Shown: positions 1 through 12,483 of the stretch, piece after piece
How the letters are laid out: each line of letters starts with the position of its first letter
Numbering within the stretch: position 1 is the stretch's first letter
Assembly (NCBI GenBank): GCA_050084515.1
Contig: CM114271.1
Coordinates: 26,412,001 to 26,476,000, forward strand
Source: Blasia pusilla
Lineage: Eukaryota
DNA: 64,000 nucleotides
Direction of reading: 5' to 3'
Program-made: the position numbers and the translations under genes
Notes under the pieces: model-generated
Database searches by the model: none
What the model was told of the DNA's origin: nothing
What the model saw: the letters and a program-made list of their open reading frames with translations, nothing else

Positions 1-757
1 TTAATGATGCTACACACAAATTGATTTTTTTTTTTGTGCCGTAGCATGTGAAACATTTTCTTGTTGCCCAGTTACCACATGTCATATAGAGAAATGTTTG
101 CAAATCAAGAAGGCACTCTCCTATAATAGTATAGATGTCAACTAAGAGATTTGAAACGCTATATGACAACACATAAGTTGAGTTGGTAGATCAAAAAGCT
201 CCCCTCTTTGAAATCATTGAAATGCTACAACAATTAAGTAATAAGGGAATGACTTCTACAATTCTCCTTGGCGATGATACAGTACTTCACATCCCCAGCT
301 GCATCATTGAGACTTTTACTTTTCTTGATGTACATAGTTAGCCCATCACATAAGCCACAAAATTTGAGAAATTAACTTGATGGTATAGTAAGATAGATAT
401 AGACCCAACAAGTGAATCATCAATATTTTCACTAGAAATTCATCGAATACGAACAGATCAACCTAATATATTCGTTGCAATTTCAATTGAAACTACATCA
501 ATCATTGAGAGTGTAAGAAGGAAAACATGCTCTTAAATGTTGTAGAATGATGAGCCACAAAGAAGGAAATCGTGAGATAGAAGTGAGAGTATTATGAATT
601 CCTTCGTTAAAGTTCTAAAACATATAAGTGAGAAAAAGGTCCAACAAGAACTCCTAGACAAGAAGTTAGAACTTATGTCTTGAATGTTGGAACTTTGCTA
701 CATGGAGCTTGAGTTGGAGGAAGAGAAGCTCCAAACACTATTATCTTCTACTTCTAA

Positions 758-2035
758 TGTTGAGAATTAAGTATGAAGAATAGATTTTTAATATCTCTAA
801 TGAATCAAGTAAGTATATATATCGTACAAAGTTTTGAATGAGATCGTCGATATTGATTTATCTATACTTGTTCTTCTCTTATCAACTAGAGATCCTAGAA
901 GTAAATGGAGAACTCTAGCAATCAATCTCTTATCCACATTATTGACTGCATGTGATAAGGATTCTCTATGTAAGATAACTAAGTTATCTAAGATTCCACA
1001 TGCAAGATTCATTTTAGATATATTTTCGGACCCCCGCATCGTCTTGGTATATCAGGGGCTGCGCCCCAGGACCCCCGCGATGCAATATAGGGTTAGATAA
1101 TCCTAGTAACACTACTCCATACACCACCTACGTCATATTACTATGATTCCTTTGACGTCTAAGTCGGAACCATCAATCTAGGCTTCTCCTCATTCAAGGG
1201 GGCCAATCTGATTAATGGTGCTCAGAGAAGTGGATGTTGAGAATCCAACAACCTCCCCCCCTCCCTCTCAATATCCACTCTCATATGGACTACCGTCTTG
1301 GACCAATGCCAAGACCCTTCAAATATCGGTAAAGATGATCTCCACTCAAAGCTTTCGTGAAGATGCCTACACGGTTATCCTCTGTTGGACATAAGATATC
1401 CATTTGCATCTTCTCCTTCAATAACTCAATCAGCTTGGGAATCATCGCTCGTGGTACTAGTATGATTCCTAAGCTAGTTTCTTGAGCTTGTGCTTAGGTA
1501 CTAGCTCAAAACCTCTCTCTCGATCAACTCATGAAAAAAATTATATTGGATCTCTATGTGCTTCGTACGAACATGAAACACAAGATTATGTGTTATGGCA
1601 ATGCAACTCTGATTGTCATACCACATTACAATAGCACTTTTGGTGCTTCTCCTATGTCCTTCAATATCCATCTCAACCATACTGCTTCACAAGAAGCATG
1701 ACAAGTTGCCTTGTAATCTACCTCGATAGAAGAAAGATCCACTGCAGGTTGCTTCTTGCTGACCCATGACACCACATTTGATCCTACCAAGAAGCAATAA
1801 CCCAAAATTGATCTTCAAGAATGTGAATCTCATGCCCAATCCGAGTCACAAAAGGCTGTCATTTTCATTCCTGCTCCATAGGTGATGTTGTACTTGATAG
1901 TGCCTTTGATGTACTTCAACACACACATCCCTGCCTTCATGGTTCTCACGAGGCTTAGTTGAGAACCAACTCAACACTCCCACATCGAAGCTAATGTCTA
2001 GTCTAGTGTTGCACAAAAATATCAAACTGCTTATG
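758..2035 (-). mobile_element. 3' part of a related Copia element (RT end, RNase H, PPT, LTR 758-1250)
   Basis: Reverse complement matches 29710-30550 (LIFLCNTRLDISF; TGTTGGATTCTCAACATCC LTR start). The LTR is bounded by TG...CA. Confidence 0.85.
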
Positions 2036-2257
2036 GTGGAAAATAAGGTAGGAGAGGGCATGGCAATAAGGAGGAGGGAATGGATATGGGGGAGGAAGAA
2101 ACACGAAAGTGTGAAACATTGAGGCAAGTGGGAGGAATGAGAAAGAAGGGGGAGATGGGGCCTACATGGACAAGTCCTTCTATATGACAAACCTAAGTCC
2201 ACGGATATGGACATGTGCATATGAGTAAACAAAAACTTTATCCACATGCAACCTTGG
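2036..2257 (-). mobile_element. Partial hAT MITE of the same family, abutting the Copia relic
   Basis: Reverse complement matches 55634-55850 and ends ...CCACATGCAACCTTG. Confidence 0.7.
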
Positions 2258-3466
2258 GTAACCATGAGGATGATCATAGATGGTCTTATAAAATACATCA
2301 CTAGGAGGAAAGATGATATAAAGAAAGCATCTCACTTGATCAATATGGGCGTATTCCCTAACTACCATGACAACGGAGGGATCAAAATCCATATCTATCA
2401 CCTTAATACAAGAGTATTTTTAAGGCCAATATGGCCATAATTGAAGATAAAATATTCCATATATTAGAAAGAACAATATATTTAAACACTAGAATATATA
2501 ACCATGTATATTTTTATGACTAGAATTTATAACTAGAAAAATCCTAGTATGAAAGGACTTGGTGTATTGGATGTCTAATTATAAAATAACACATCAACAA
2601 TACTATGTGGATTTGGTGATGCAGATGATAAGAATGATTTAACACTAGAAGTAAAGCATATAAGCTAAGAGGTGGCACATAATATGAAGCCTAAGAACTA
2701 TGACACATAGACATTTAGTTTTATATTAGTGATAATGGAAAATTTATCGTACAAATTTTATTTATTCTTTGATTTCAAATGAATATTTTTCATAATTTTA
2801 TTTGATCATGTTTTGGTGCTGTCAACTTACATCAGGATAGTAGATTATCATGGTGTATTTTGGAGATTGAGCGTGATTTAGGAATTGATGTGATGTCAAG
2901 GTATAACAATGACAACCATTAGGATGAGCTCCATAAGGAGTTGCAACTAGGGTCGTGGCGATTTGTGTCACTGCCCCCTCCCTTGCCCAATTTTCTCATG
3001 ATGAACTACATTGCATTTCTTGATTAATTTCTTGTCTAATACATAAGAAGTTCTACGACAAAAATCAATCTCCTTAATATTGGCAAAACTCCCAAAAATT
3101 TGGCAACATCGCTTACGCGTCCAGCGTTCACATCTAAAATTTACAACTAAAGAAGATAACTAATTAAACCTCCATGACACTCGTATGGGTCTTAACTTCA
3201 CATACAGAAGTTCCTAACAGTAAAATAATTTCCAAATGTTCATGCGCGCTTCCACTCTAGAGGTCATGAATGACACAACCATATATCTCAATAGTCCCAC
3301 TTATTCTCTTTTCAAAAATTTGAAATACATCAATACTTTCCCATCATAAAGCTCTCTATTGTGTCAAATCAAACCCACTCTTATAGTGAGAGGCTTAAAA
3401 CTCACAAGGCAAGGCATTATAACTCCGCTCCCTCATGGAACCAGGTTCCTTCTTCCGATCTCTTCC

Positions 3467-3598
<132 letters not shown>

Positions 3599-5649
3599 TA
3601 GAGCTCAGACTCTATTCTGTTAAACCTCTTCGCATGAGGCTGCGGAGCTATGACCTTCCTTGAATTTTGAGTAATCCAACCCTCTCATTAGAAGAGTGGG
3701 TTTGGTTTGACACAAGAGAGAGATGACGTTTGTTTGCATATTATGAGACCTTTTGAGTCTTTGTAATTTACAAAGAGAGAATAAGAGATTGAGAGCTCTA
3801 CAATGCAGAAACTCGCTAGTGTCTCTTTATTGTTGCAAGTTGGGGACCATTTTTTCCATTCAGAAGCTTATGGGGGTTCTCATGGGAGAAAGAGCCGCTC
3901 ATTTGAGTGTTGTGTTATTCAATTTTTTGTATGGGAGAGTGATGTTGGTGGCGCGGGGAAGTGCTACTTAAAGTTTTGATAGAAATTGAGTTTGGGGGCA
4001 AGGTTCTCTGTATTGGTGCTCTCAAAGCACCTTGTATCTTTGTGGATTGATTTTGTAAAGGTTTACAATTTTTGTGTGGAAGAAATTAGCACAAAAGTAC
4101 AGCCAAATTTTTCGTAGGAGTTTAGGCCATGGACTGCACGATAATCACGGCCAATGTGAGTTGGAAGGCCAAATGAAGGATCTAATATACCAATGTTGTA
4201 AATCAAGAAGTCATGCATGATATCAAAGAAATGGTGCACAATTTCAACATTAGAGCTCCAAATTGTGGTTATTCTTGTGGGGCTGCCATAGCCAAGGCAT
4301 GAAGGTAGAAAATTTGAAATCTTGTAACTCCTTTTGGTAAGGTTAGAAAAGTAAAAATGATTTAACTTTATTGCAAAGGAAAAGGGGAAAAATTATTTGA
4401 GGATGAAGTCAATAAATTTTTTTTAATTAATGGGTGTTGACCCACTAATGGGGCTTAGTGGAATATAAGCCAAAATTGATATAATTTTAGTGAGTTGATT
4501 CTTTTTAAAGGGTTAGTGGAGTTGGAAAGAAAAAAAAGACATAATTTTGAATAAGGTTAAAATAGATCCATATTTACCTATGTGTGACATGACATAATTA
4601 CCATTGATCTTCACCGAACATCTACCGTTCAACCATCGTCGTCTATTTGACGACTGCCAAACTACCGCTCGTCGCTACTCGGCTTTCATCAATGGATGGG
4701 GCTGAGTTTTGAAGTATGGTCTACCATGCATAGTGATTGGTAGCTTCCCAAAAATGATCGAGTAATATGCCGTAATGCCCATAGCCGCAACATGCCTTCG
4801 ATTTCCTTGCCGTGTCACTTGTGGCCGCATCGCACCATCTCAATCACAGAGCCGCACCAACATTGACGAGCATAGTATGTATTTCCAATAGAGGATGGAA
4901 TGCCATTGATTGTTGTATCCCATCATCAAGTGACATGTCATGTTCTGCCGTTTGTAGCCGTTTTGTGTTGCCAATGGTGCACCATACCAATATATCCACA
5001 CCGTATATCGAGGAGGTTTGAGTATCGTCAACATCGAGAGATACGACTTGCTGATTGGAGGAGTTTGTCTCCATAAAGGGGTTGGGATCAAGGTTTTAGG
5101 GAATCGACACCTACATTTTTTATTAGGTGATCCATTCTGGTCTTTTGCCCTACACGTGCGAGCAATTTTTGGATATTGGGTAGGTATTTGGGATACTTGA
5201 GTTTATGTGGATGATTAGAGCATCATATACCTATGTGGTATGGGGACATAGAACTATGTGGGACATCCACAGTTGAGGTTTTGCTATGTTGATGAGACGA
5301 TAAACCAGTGCCAATTTGTCGCACCACGCTGCTTGTTGCCACACTATGCACATCTCATGAGATATGTGTAGGGCGGTCCATGATGAAATCTCTAGAGTTT
5401 GTGGCCCTCTTTGTGTCACGCCAACTCTTTAACTTTGCAATGAAGTCATGCATAGTGGAGAGTGAGTGTTGTATGTTTAGTCTAAGTGATTACTCAAGAG
5501 ACTGAGAATGATCATCTCGGTTCGTGTGAGGGGCCATGAGGGTCATCATGGCGTCCTTTTGGGACTTTGGTATGTCTAAGAGTAGCCCTAAAGGTTCTCA
5601 AACAAGGGGAAGTGCATAGAGGATATTGTTAGTGCATAACCACACATGT

Positions 5650-6940
5650 TTGGGCATACGAGATGGATGATCGGGATAGAGGAATGCGTGGGTTTTTGGG
5701 AGTTGTGGGTACTGTAGAGTTGCATGATTTCATTGCAGAGTTAAGGTTTGGCGTGACACAAAAAGGGACACAAAATCCTGAGATTTCAGCATGGAATGGG
5801 ATACTCCAACACTTAGAGGGGACGCCCATGGACGATTAGTATGAGTTCTCCCATAGGTATGCAACCAAGATTGAGGCTTGGAGACTCTACTATGACCCAC
5901 ATTACATGTCATGGACTGAGCCATTTCCAGATGAAGAGGAGGATCTAGGGGAGGCTACTTCATGTGCCACTAATGTGACTTAGGGAGGGGTGAGTTGGAA
6001 TGAACTAATTGCACCATCAAGTCAGGTTCGTCCTAGGTTCAACCCCGTAGTTGAGTTCTTTGTAGAGTTGCGGAGGAACTACCAAGGGGTGCGGTCTTAG
6101 AAGTGTTGGAGCATCCACGACTTCCATAAGTGCATAAGGGAGAGTGTTATTGAGATATTCACTTGCTTGCATAGTTTGATCAAGGTCACTCAGGGAGTGT
6201 TAGAGGCCCAGACTGTTCACGCATGATATAAGATGCTAGAATGAGACTTGTGGAAACATATGAGGGATGCGGTACTATTGATGTTCACCTTATCTACGTT
6301 GAGAAATGCCTTTGAGATGGTAGAGTGCATTGAGTGCAACATGGCCAAGGAGAGTGTTGCAACCATGAGTTACGCTCAAGAGCAATCATGATTGTCTATA
6401 CCACATGTGTAGCAACCTAGTTTTGAAGAGAGGAGTGTGGCACCGTGAGCTCAAAGAGTCCATCATGAGCATGTGCAATAGTTATTAGTTACCCATGCCA
6501 TCATCTGCGGGTTGGTAGTAGTCGCAAGGAGTTATTTTTTGGGGCATGTGATGGAGCCCATTATCAACAAGATTGCACCCGTCAAGGTAGTGAACGTGTG
6601 ACTTAGGCCAGAGGAGTAGATGGGCCTACACAAGGAGTATATTAGTGTGATCATTTTCAGCCATATGGTTACACGTGCACTAGGTATTTTAGCTTTCACC
6701 CTTGGTTACTCCCGAATCAAGGGCCAAAGAGGGCACTAGAGGAAGTTGGCAGTCCGGGTGGGCTTAGAAGTTGTGCACCAAGTGGTTATGTAGGGGGACA
6801 TAGGGTCCTATTTTCACGTGGGGGTGGTGGATATGCCCCTAGAGGAGGTAGAGGTCCGTCACCTAGACAAGTCGAGGGAGACTTGGGGCATGAGATTGCA
6901 ATGGTTGCTCACATAGAGCAGTTACAGAAGTAGATTTCTG
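5650..6940 (+). mobile_element. Degraded gag of a relative of the DNMT-Gypsy element
   Basis: Recognisable similarity to 34255-35510: EMDD..GMRGF.GVVGTVELHDFI, QHLEGTPMDD, RDAVLL..TL..AFEMVE.IE.NM, two zinc-knuckle relics, HIEQLQ. Confidence 0.75.
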
Positions 6941-6944
6941 AATG

Positions 6945-7280
6945 AATTCCAAAGCTCTCTCGCCTTGGATTTACCCCTTCCCTCGCCCAAATATCTCTTC
7001 TTGGTAACCTATGCTTGTAGGGCACCTCCTTGGCTCTTGATCTATGGTAGGGGATCAAGGGGTGCTTCCAAAAATACAAAGTCAACAACGCTCATGATAG
7101 GAATTTTCCCAAAGTAGTATGTTCCTCAAGATGGCTACATATGAGCCAAAACAAAGGAGGAATCTGCTCTCTTATGTTATCCTAGGCCTCAACATGTCAT
7201 CCTTGACCTTCTGAGGTTGTCCTTAGATCTCCTTGAAGGCTTCCTATGGATACTCGTCGATCCGTTCTAAAAGACATCAC
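6945..7280 (-). repeat. Inverted fragment of the 30555-31386 LTR family
   Basis: Reverse complement matches 30690-31010 (GATCAAGAGCCAAGG, AAGCATAGGTTA, GAGGGAAGGGG). Confidence 0.75.
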
Positions 7281-7299
7281 ATTGGACAAGCAATCTATT

Positions 7300-9600
7300 C
7301 CAAGATGTGAATAATGCATAATTGAGAAGGCTCATTGGTTTCCGTTTTGAAACCACACAAGGGTACCATAGCCATCTTGGAAGTGTTCACCTCTGGTCTT
7401 GGCTACTCCAATTTATCAAGTCTTAGTGTAGCTTGGTGGCTTACAAATTTATTGATGAGTTTTCTATCATTGATTGATCTTTACCCAATTATGAAGACTT
7501 ATCCATGTTCAAGGTGTTTGTCACGTGCATATGACTACCCCTTCCTTTATATTCGTATGGTATTTATGGAATCAAAGAGTGGTCTTAAATAGATGATATG
7601 CACTATTTTTGAAGAGTTTGCACACTCCTATAAGATGCAAAGCTTGCTTGTAGGTACTAGATGTATGTTGAGTAGTGTGGACACACATGAGGGCTCCACA
7701 TCTATTTTGGGAAGTAAAACTCTCCATTAGCTAATTTTATGGTGTGAAGCCTAGTCAATCTTTTTTTTTCCATCTGTTCAAATGTCTTTTATGGTACCAG
7801 ATTTTGAGGGAGAAGTAGAAAACATTTGACGTGAAAGCAAAGAAGGATATTCTTTTTGCCTATTTTGAAACCTTGATCTAAAGCATGTGAATTTTTTTCT
7901 AATTGGGATCCCAAGTGTGATACTTATTAGGGATGTTATCTTCACATAGTAGAAACTTCTTAATAACTTTGGGATTCCAATTTTTTTTTCTTCTAGTAGC
8001 AAGGCATCTAACCAATAGAGGAGAACAAAGTGAAAGGAATGTCATTCCATTACTTAGGGATCATGACAAGATTGAAGAGCTGGAGGGTGAAACATGAACA
8101 AAACTAGGTCTTGAAGAAGATTGCCATGTAGTACCAAAACTACAAGGTACCCTTACAACCACTTTTCAAAAACCAATAAGAAGGGCGAGCTTGATTTGGA
8201 AGTAAGTTTGTCACATCCACCTTAAAAAAGAAGAAGGAGCTTTTCTTCTAAAAATATTTCTAGGGGTCCATGCCAAAATTTTACTATATGGAATAGAGGG
8301 GATGGGTTCATCTCTTATAATATATCTTCTCCAATGGAGACAACTTTAATGAATGGAAGCTCTTGATCGTGAGCCTAAGGCCAAGACAATGCAAGGGGAA
8401 ATAGAATCACCTTTTGGTTTTCATTGGTAGAAGGCAATGTAAGAGGAGCTTGAGTTGCACAAAGCTCATGGGACTTGGGAGTGTCATTTTCCAAGAAAAC
8501 AGAAAGCAATCCATTTTAAAAGGGTTCTCAAAATAAACTTGCTAAAGACGGGAAGATTGAGCGATTCATCCATAGTTTTTTTTCCAAGGAATACTTGCAA
8601 ATAAAAGGTATTGACTACGCCAAAATGTTTGTACCAGTTGCATAACTTTCCACAATGCATATATTTGTGTGTATAACAACCAAAAATATATTCCCTCATA
8701 TTTATAACCCTCCCTGCACTATGAATTTTTGGTCATAATTTGTAATAGATATTTCCTTAAAATTCATATATTTGATGGTTGTTTGATAACCAAGGGAAAG
8801 AACTTAAAACTAATTGCGAAGTGCAAGGAGGAGTTGAAGAATGTGTGAGAGATGAAGGATCTCTTGAAATTTCCAATTATCTTAACATCGCATTCCCTTG
8901 TGATGAGAAAGTTGGCACCATTTGTTTAAGTGAGGAAAATTAGGTTTGTGAGAACTTAGAGAATGGGGGTTTGAATATGTAAATATTGGATCCACACTAA
9001 TCAAGGCAAGGCATATGTGGAGAATTTGAACAACTTATTGTTGGATAGTAAGGGTAAAGAGCTTTTCAAAAGTGCACTTGGTTCTTCATTATACCTAATA
9101 AACAATACCATGTATCATACATCATTTTCTTGTAAAATTTTTGCATAATATATCAGATGTCCAAAATTATAGCATTGGCAAGGAGTGAAACTTATTTTTT
9201 GAGATGAGAAAAGTATATGGTTATGAAATGCGATGATCTCTTAGGGATTTACATAGTCAAAGTGCCGCCTTGAGTCTTTGGTTGCATTATTTGTATCAAC
9301 ATATTCCAATTTTGTAGAGGAAAGGGATCTTTTTTTCTTTTTTCTTGAACAAGACACAAGTATGCCTCCTAGAAGAAATATGTCCCCCCCTATAGAGCAA
9401 AGAGAATCCCAAAATGCACCTCAATCTCCATCAAAGTACCTAACAAGCTCCAAGTTATGTACACATTAAGTCCTCAATTAATTTGTACCATGAATTACGA
9501 GAATCTCTATGGAAGCACTCTTGATAAGAAAAACCTTTGATATGCCTTCAACCAAACTTCTCACTACTCCATGGCTAGGCATGAACTTAAATGAAAATAT
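7300..9600 (+). mobile_element. Highly degraded Copia pol remnant
   Basis: Scattered motifs: RDVIF (~7930), QIKGIDYAKMFVPVA (~8600), EMKDL (~8850). Boundaries are approximate. Confidence 0.6.
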
Positions 9601-9670
9601 CATTTATGTTGCCAAAATATCATATCTATTGTCCCCTTAGCTACAAACAAGATTGTCTTTTTTTAACAAC

Positions 9671-10400
9671 CAAGGTTGGATGTGGACAAAGTCCATGTTT
9701 GCGGACATATCCATGTCCGTGGAGTTATATCTGTTCTATAGAAGGCCTTGTCCATATGGACCCCACCTTCCTCTTCTTTCTCATAATTGCAAAAAAATAG
9801 ACAAGCTCGTCCTTAAGACGATAATGGATGGATGAGTCTGGACATGTCCACGGATATTACTTATAAAATGTGGGGCCCACACTTATAGCTTATGATGGAA
9901 GGTAGGGCAAGGGCGAGTATGGCAATAAGAGGGGAGGACGTGGAGGTGGAGGGAGGAAGAAACGGGAAAGTATGGAACATGAAGGGAACTAGAGGGAATT
10001 GGAAAGAAGGGGAAGGTGGGATCCATATTGTCCCGACCCTCACAACCAAATGAACATCAAACAGACACCAAACGGAAAATCAGAACTTTAGTGGACTCAC
10101 GCTACATGATCGCACTTTGGAGAGGTCTCTTGGAAAAGTCCAAGAGACGAAACGTGGAATAGAGTTTGTGCGTTTCATATGTTTATGGTCGCGACTAGGG
10201 AACCCGGACCAAACGTGAACCAAGAGTTGAGATGAGTTGAAACGTGAACCACTTCCTCCTCCCTTTTTGCCCAATTCGCTCTTGCCCTACCTTCCATCAT
10301 GAATTATAAGTGTGGGCCCTACCTCTTGCAATCCATGTTCGTGGACTTGTCCGTCCATGTCTTTCCTAGGGATGGACTTGTCCGTTTTTGTGCAACCATG
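9671..10400. mobile_element. Rearranged copies of the same hAT MITE family
   Basis: Starts CAAGGTTGGATGTGGACAAAGTCC and ends TGCAACCATG. Contains an inverted internal piece at ~9830-10030. Matches 55634-55963. Confidence 0.7.
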
Positions 10401-12230
10401 GTAAGAAAAAAATTGCTTCAACATAGGAATTTTGAAATCTCCACCTTGATCATCAAGGCTTAAAGATGGGTTGAGTTGTAAGTGTTTGTATGCATGGAGT
10501 ATAACTTAAGGTTAGTCGATGTTGATGATCGACACTTCCAAACTCTACACCATCTTGGGATCAATTAGAGAGTTACAGACTTTAGGTCGCTTGACTATTA
10601 ATCACCAATATCTAGAAAGGGAAGCTCTAGATAAAAGTTGAGTCAATATATTCATGGTGCCCTCCGGATTCCCCGACTTAATCACCAAAATTGTAGTCAT
10701 CCCATAGCTTTTGTTTCAACTTGGATGGCATTGGCTTGAAAAAATTGGAATTTTTTTGGCACCAAATATGTCATCCATCATTGTAATATGTTTTTGAAAG
10801 AAATGGATGGAGCTTGTTATGCTCCTAATAATGGAACCCTTGAACTACATGTGTCTCAAAAAAATCCTTGATATAGTTGCTTGACTTTGGTTAGCTGGAC
10901 ATTTGTGATCATGTGATCAAATAAATCTTTGTCCTTGCAAAATTTGAACGTTGTTAATTTTCTTCATTATTGACCATTTCTTTGTCTACATTTTGTGTCC
11001 AACTGTTTCTGGTCCATTTTGTCATTGCAATTTTATTTTATTTTAACTCGGAATAAATTCCTCCTAATATACTATTGTTAGGGCAAAGCATTTGGGTAGG
11101 CTTTATGAGTAATTCCAATCATTCCAATCCACACTAAATTAAGTCTCGATTGAAGATTACACCAAATCTTATGGCGAGTAAAGAATGGGAGGCAAACTTC
11201 CCACTTTTTTCTATGTCTAGGGTTCTATCCACAAAGATTTCCCAGACGGAAAACAAGGTCCCATTTTCTTATGTGGATGGAGGAAAACGTACTTGGAAAT
11301 ATTTTGGGGCATTGATTTCAACTTAAGAATTTTATTGGAAAATAGGAATATTAAATAATAGATTTTTAGAAACGGAGAGATTTTTGGGGATTCGGGAAAT
11401 ATGTTGACATGATATAAAATAAGAATATCTCATTTTTTCAAAATATGATATAAAATACATCAAATAGTTTGAAAACCAGGGTTTCGGAAAAGATTCTGAA
11501 TTCGTAAAAAATCCATCTTTAATATTTATGAATAGAGAAAGAATATCGGAAATCGTAACATATAATTACCCAATTATGAGCACGAATATAGGTCCACGAT
11601 TTCAGGGAAAGGTGATTTTGAGTAAGGGAGTGGTTTTGTCTCCAAAAGCGAGCTCAAGAAATAGTGAGCTCCAAACACTTGCATCACAAACAACGTCATA
11701 TAGAGGAGGGAGTGATATCGAAGAATTTGAGTGATTCGAATGAAACTACAACCATCCAAAATTCGGTTTCCTTCGATCCAATAAGTGGGATCGTAACCTA
11801 TGTCATGTTTTGCAAATATCGATGAAATTGATCCTTGTGGAGCGCTCATTTAAAACCTCACCAATATTTGGAACAGTTCTATGGGGTTGGAATCAAATGG
11901 CAAGATAATGGGCCCACTCTTTCGACCACAAGATAGCCGAGGGCTCGTCCCAAGGAGTGTTGGTTTATTTTCTTTTGTAGATTCCTATAGCTTGCAATCA
12001 GCTCGAGTTCGTGGGATCTAGCTCTATATGTCCCAAATTCTTTGGGTTGAATGATTGAAGTGTACCGGTGCTCTTAATAGAGGGAGGACTAGAGTTGTTG
12101 TTGTTTTAGAACTGGTCCCATTGGACTTCATCTGCAAGAGGAGAGGATGTCCAAAGTATAAAAAAGTAAATTTACTGGAATAAGCTAGTGACTGGAGCGT
12201 AGTACCAATGGGTTTAGTATCTTATTCTTA

Positions 12231-12483
12231 TTATTATTCTTTTGGTGAACTTTTGCATTCGAATTTGAGGGGTAGGGGAGAAGGAGGGTTTGGGGAATTT
12301 AGTGCGAGTTCGTTGTGGAGGAGAGGGGATGGCTTTGCGATTTGCATGCATAAAATAATTATTATTCCTATGGTGAACTTTTGCCTGCGAACTCGAGGGC
12401 TAGGGGAGAAGGAGGGGGAGGAGGGTTTGGGAGTTCGTTGTGAAGGTGGGGGGATAGCTTTGCGATTAGCATGCATAAAATAA
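12231..12483 (+). repeat. ~125-bp tandem duplication
   Basis: TATTATTC..TGGTGAACTTTTGC...TAGGGGAGAAGGAGGG...GCATGCATAAAATAA occurs twice. Confidence 0.8.

Noticed and set aside
1-90. Inverted similarity to 44500-44590
   Set aside because: The match is real but most simply a dispersed repeat end; the pair encloses host genes over 44 kb and is not credible as one element.
90-757. Possible Harbinger Myb/coiled-coil ORF relic, and possible transposase traces at ~56550-57000
   Set aside because: Only vague, stop-riddled similarity that cannot be supported without a search.
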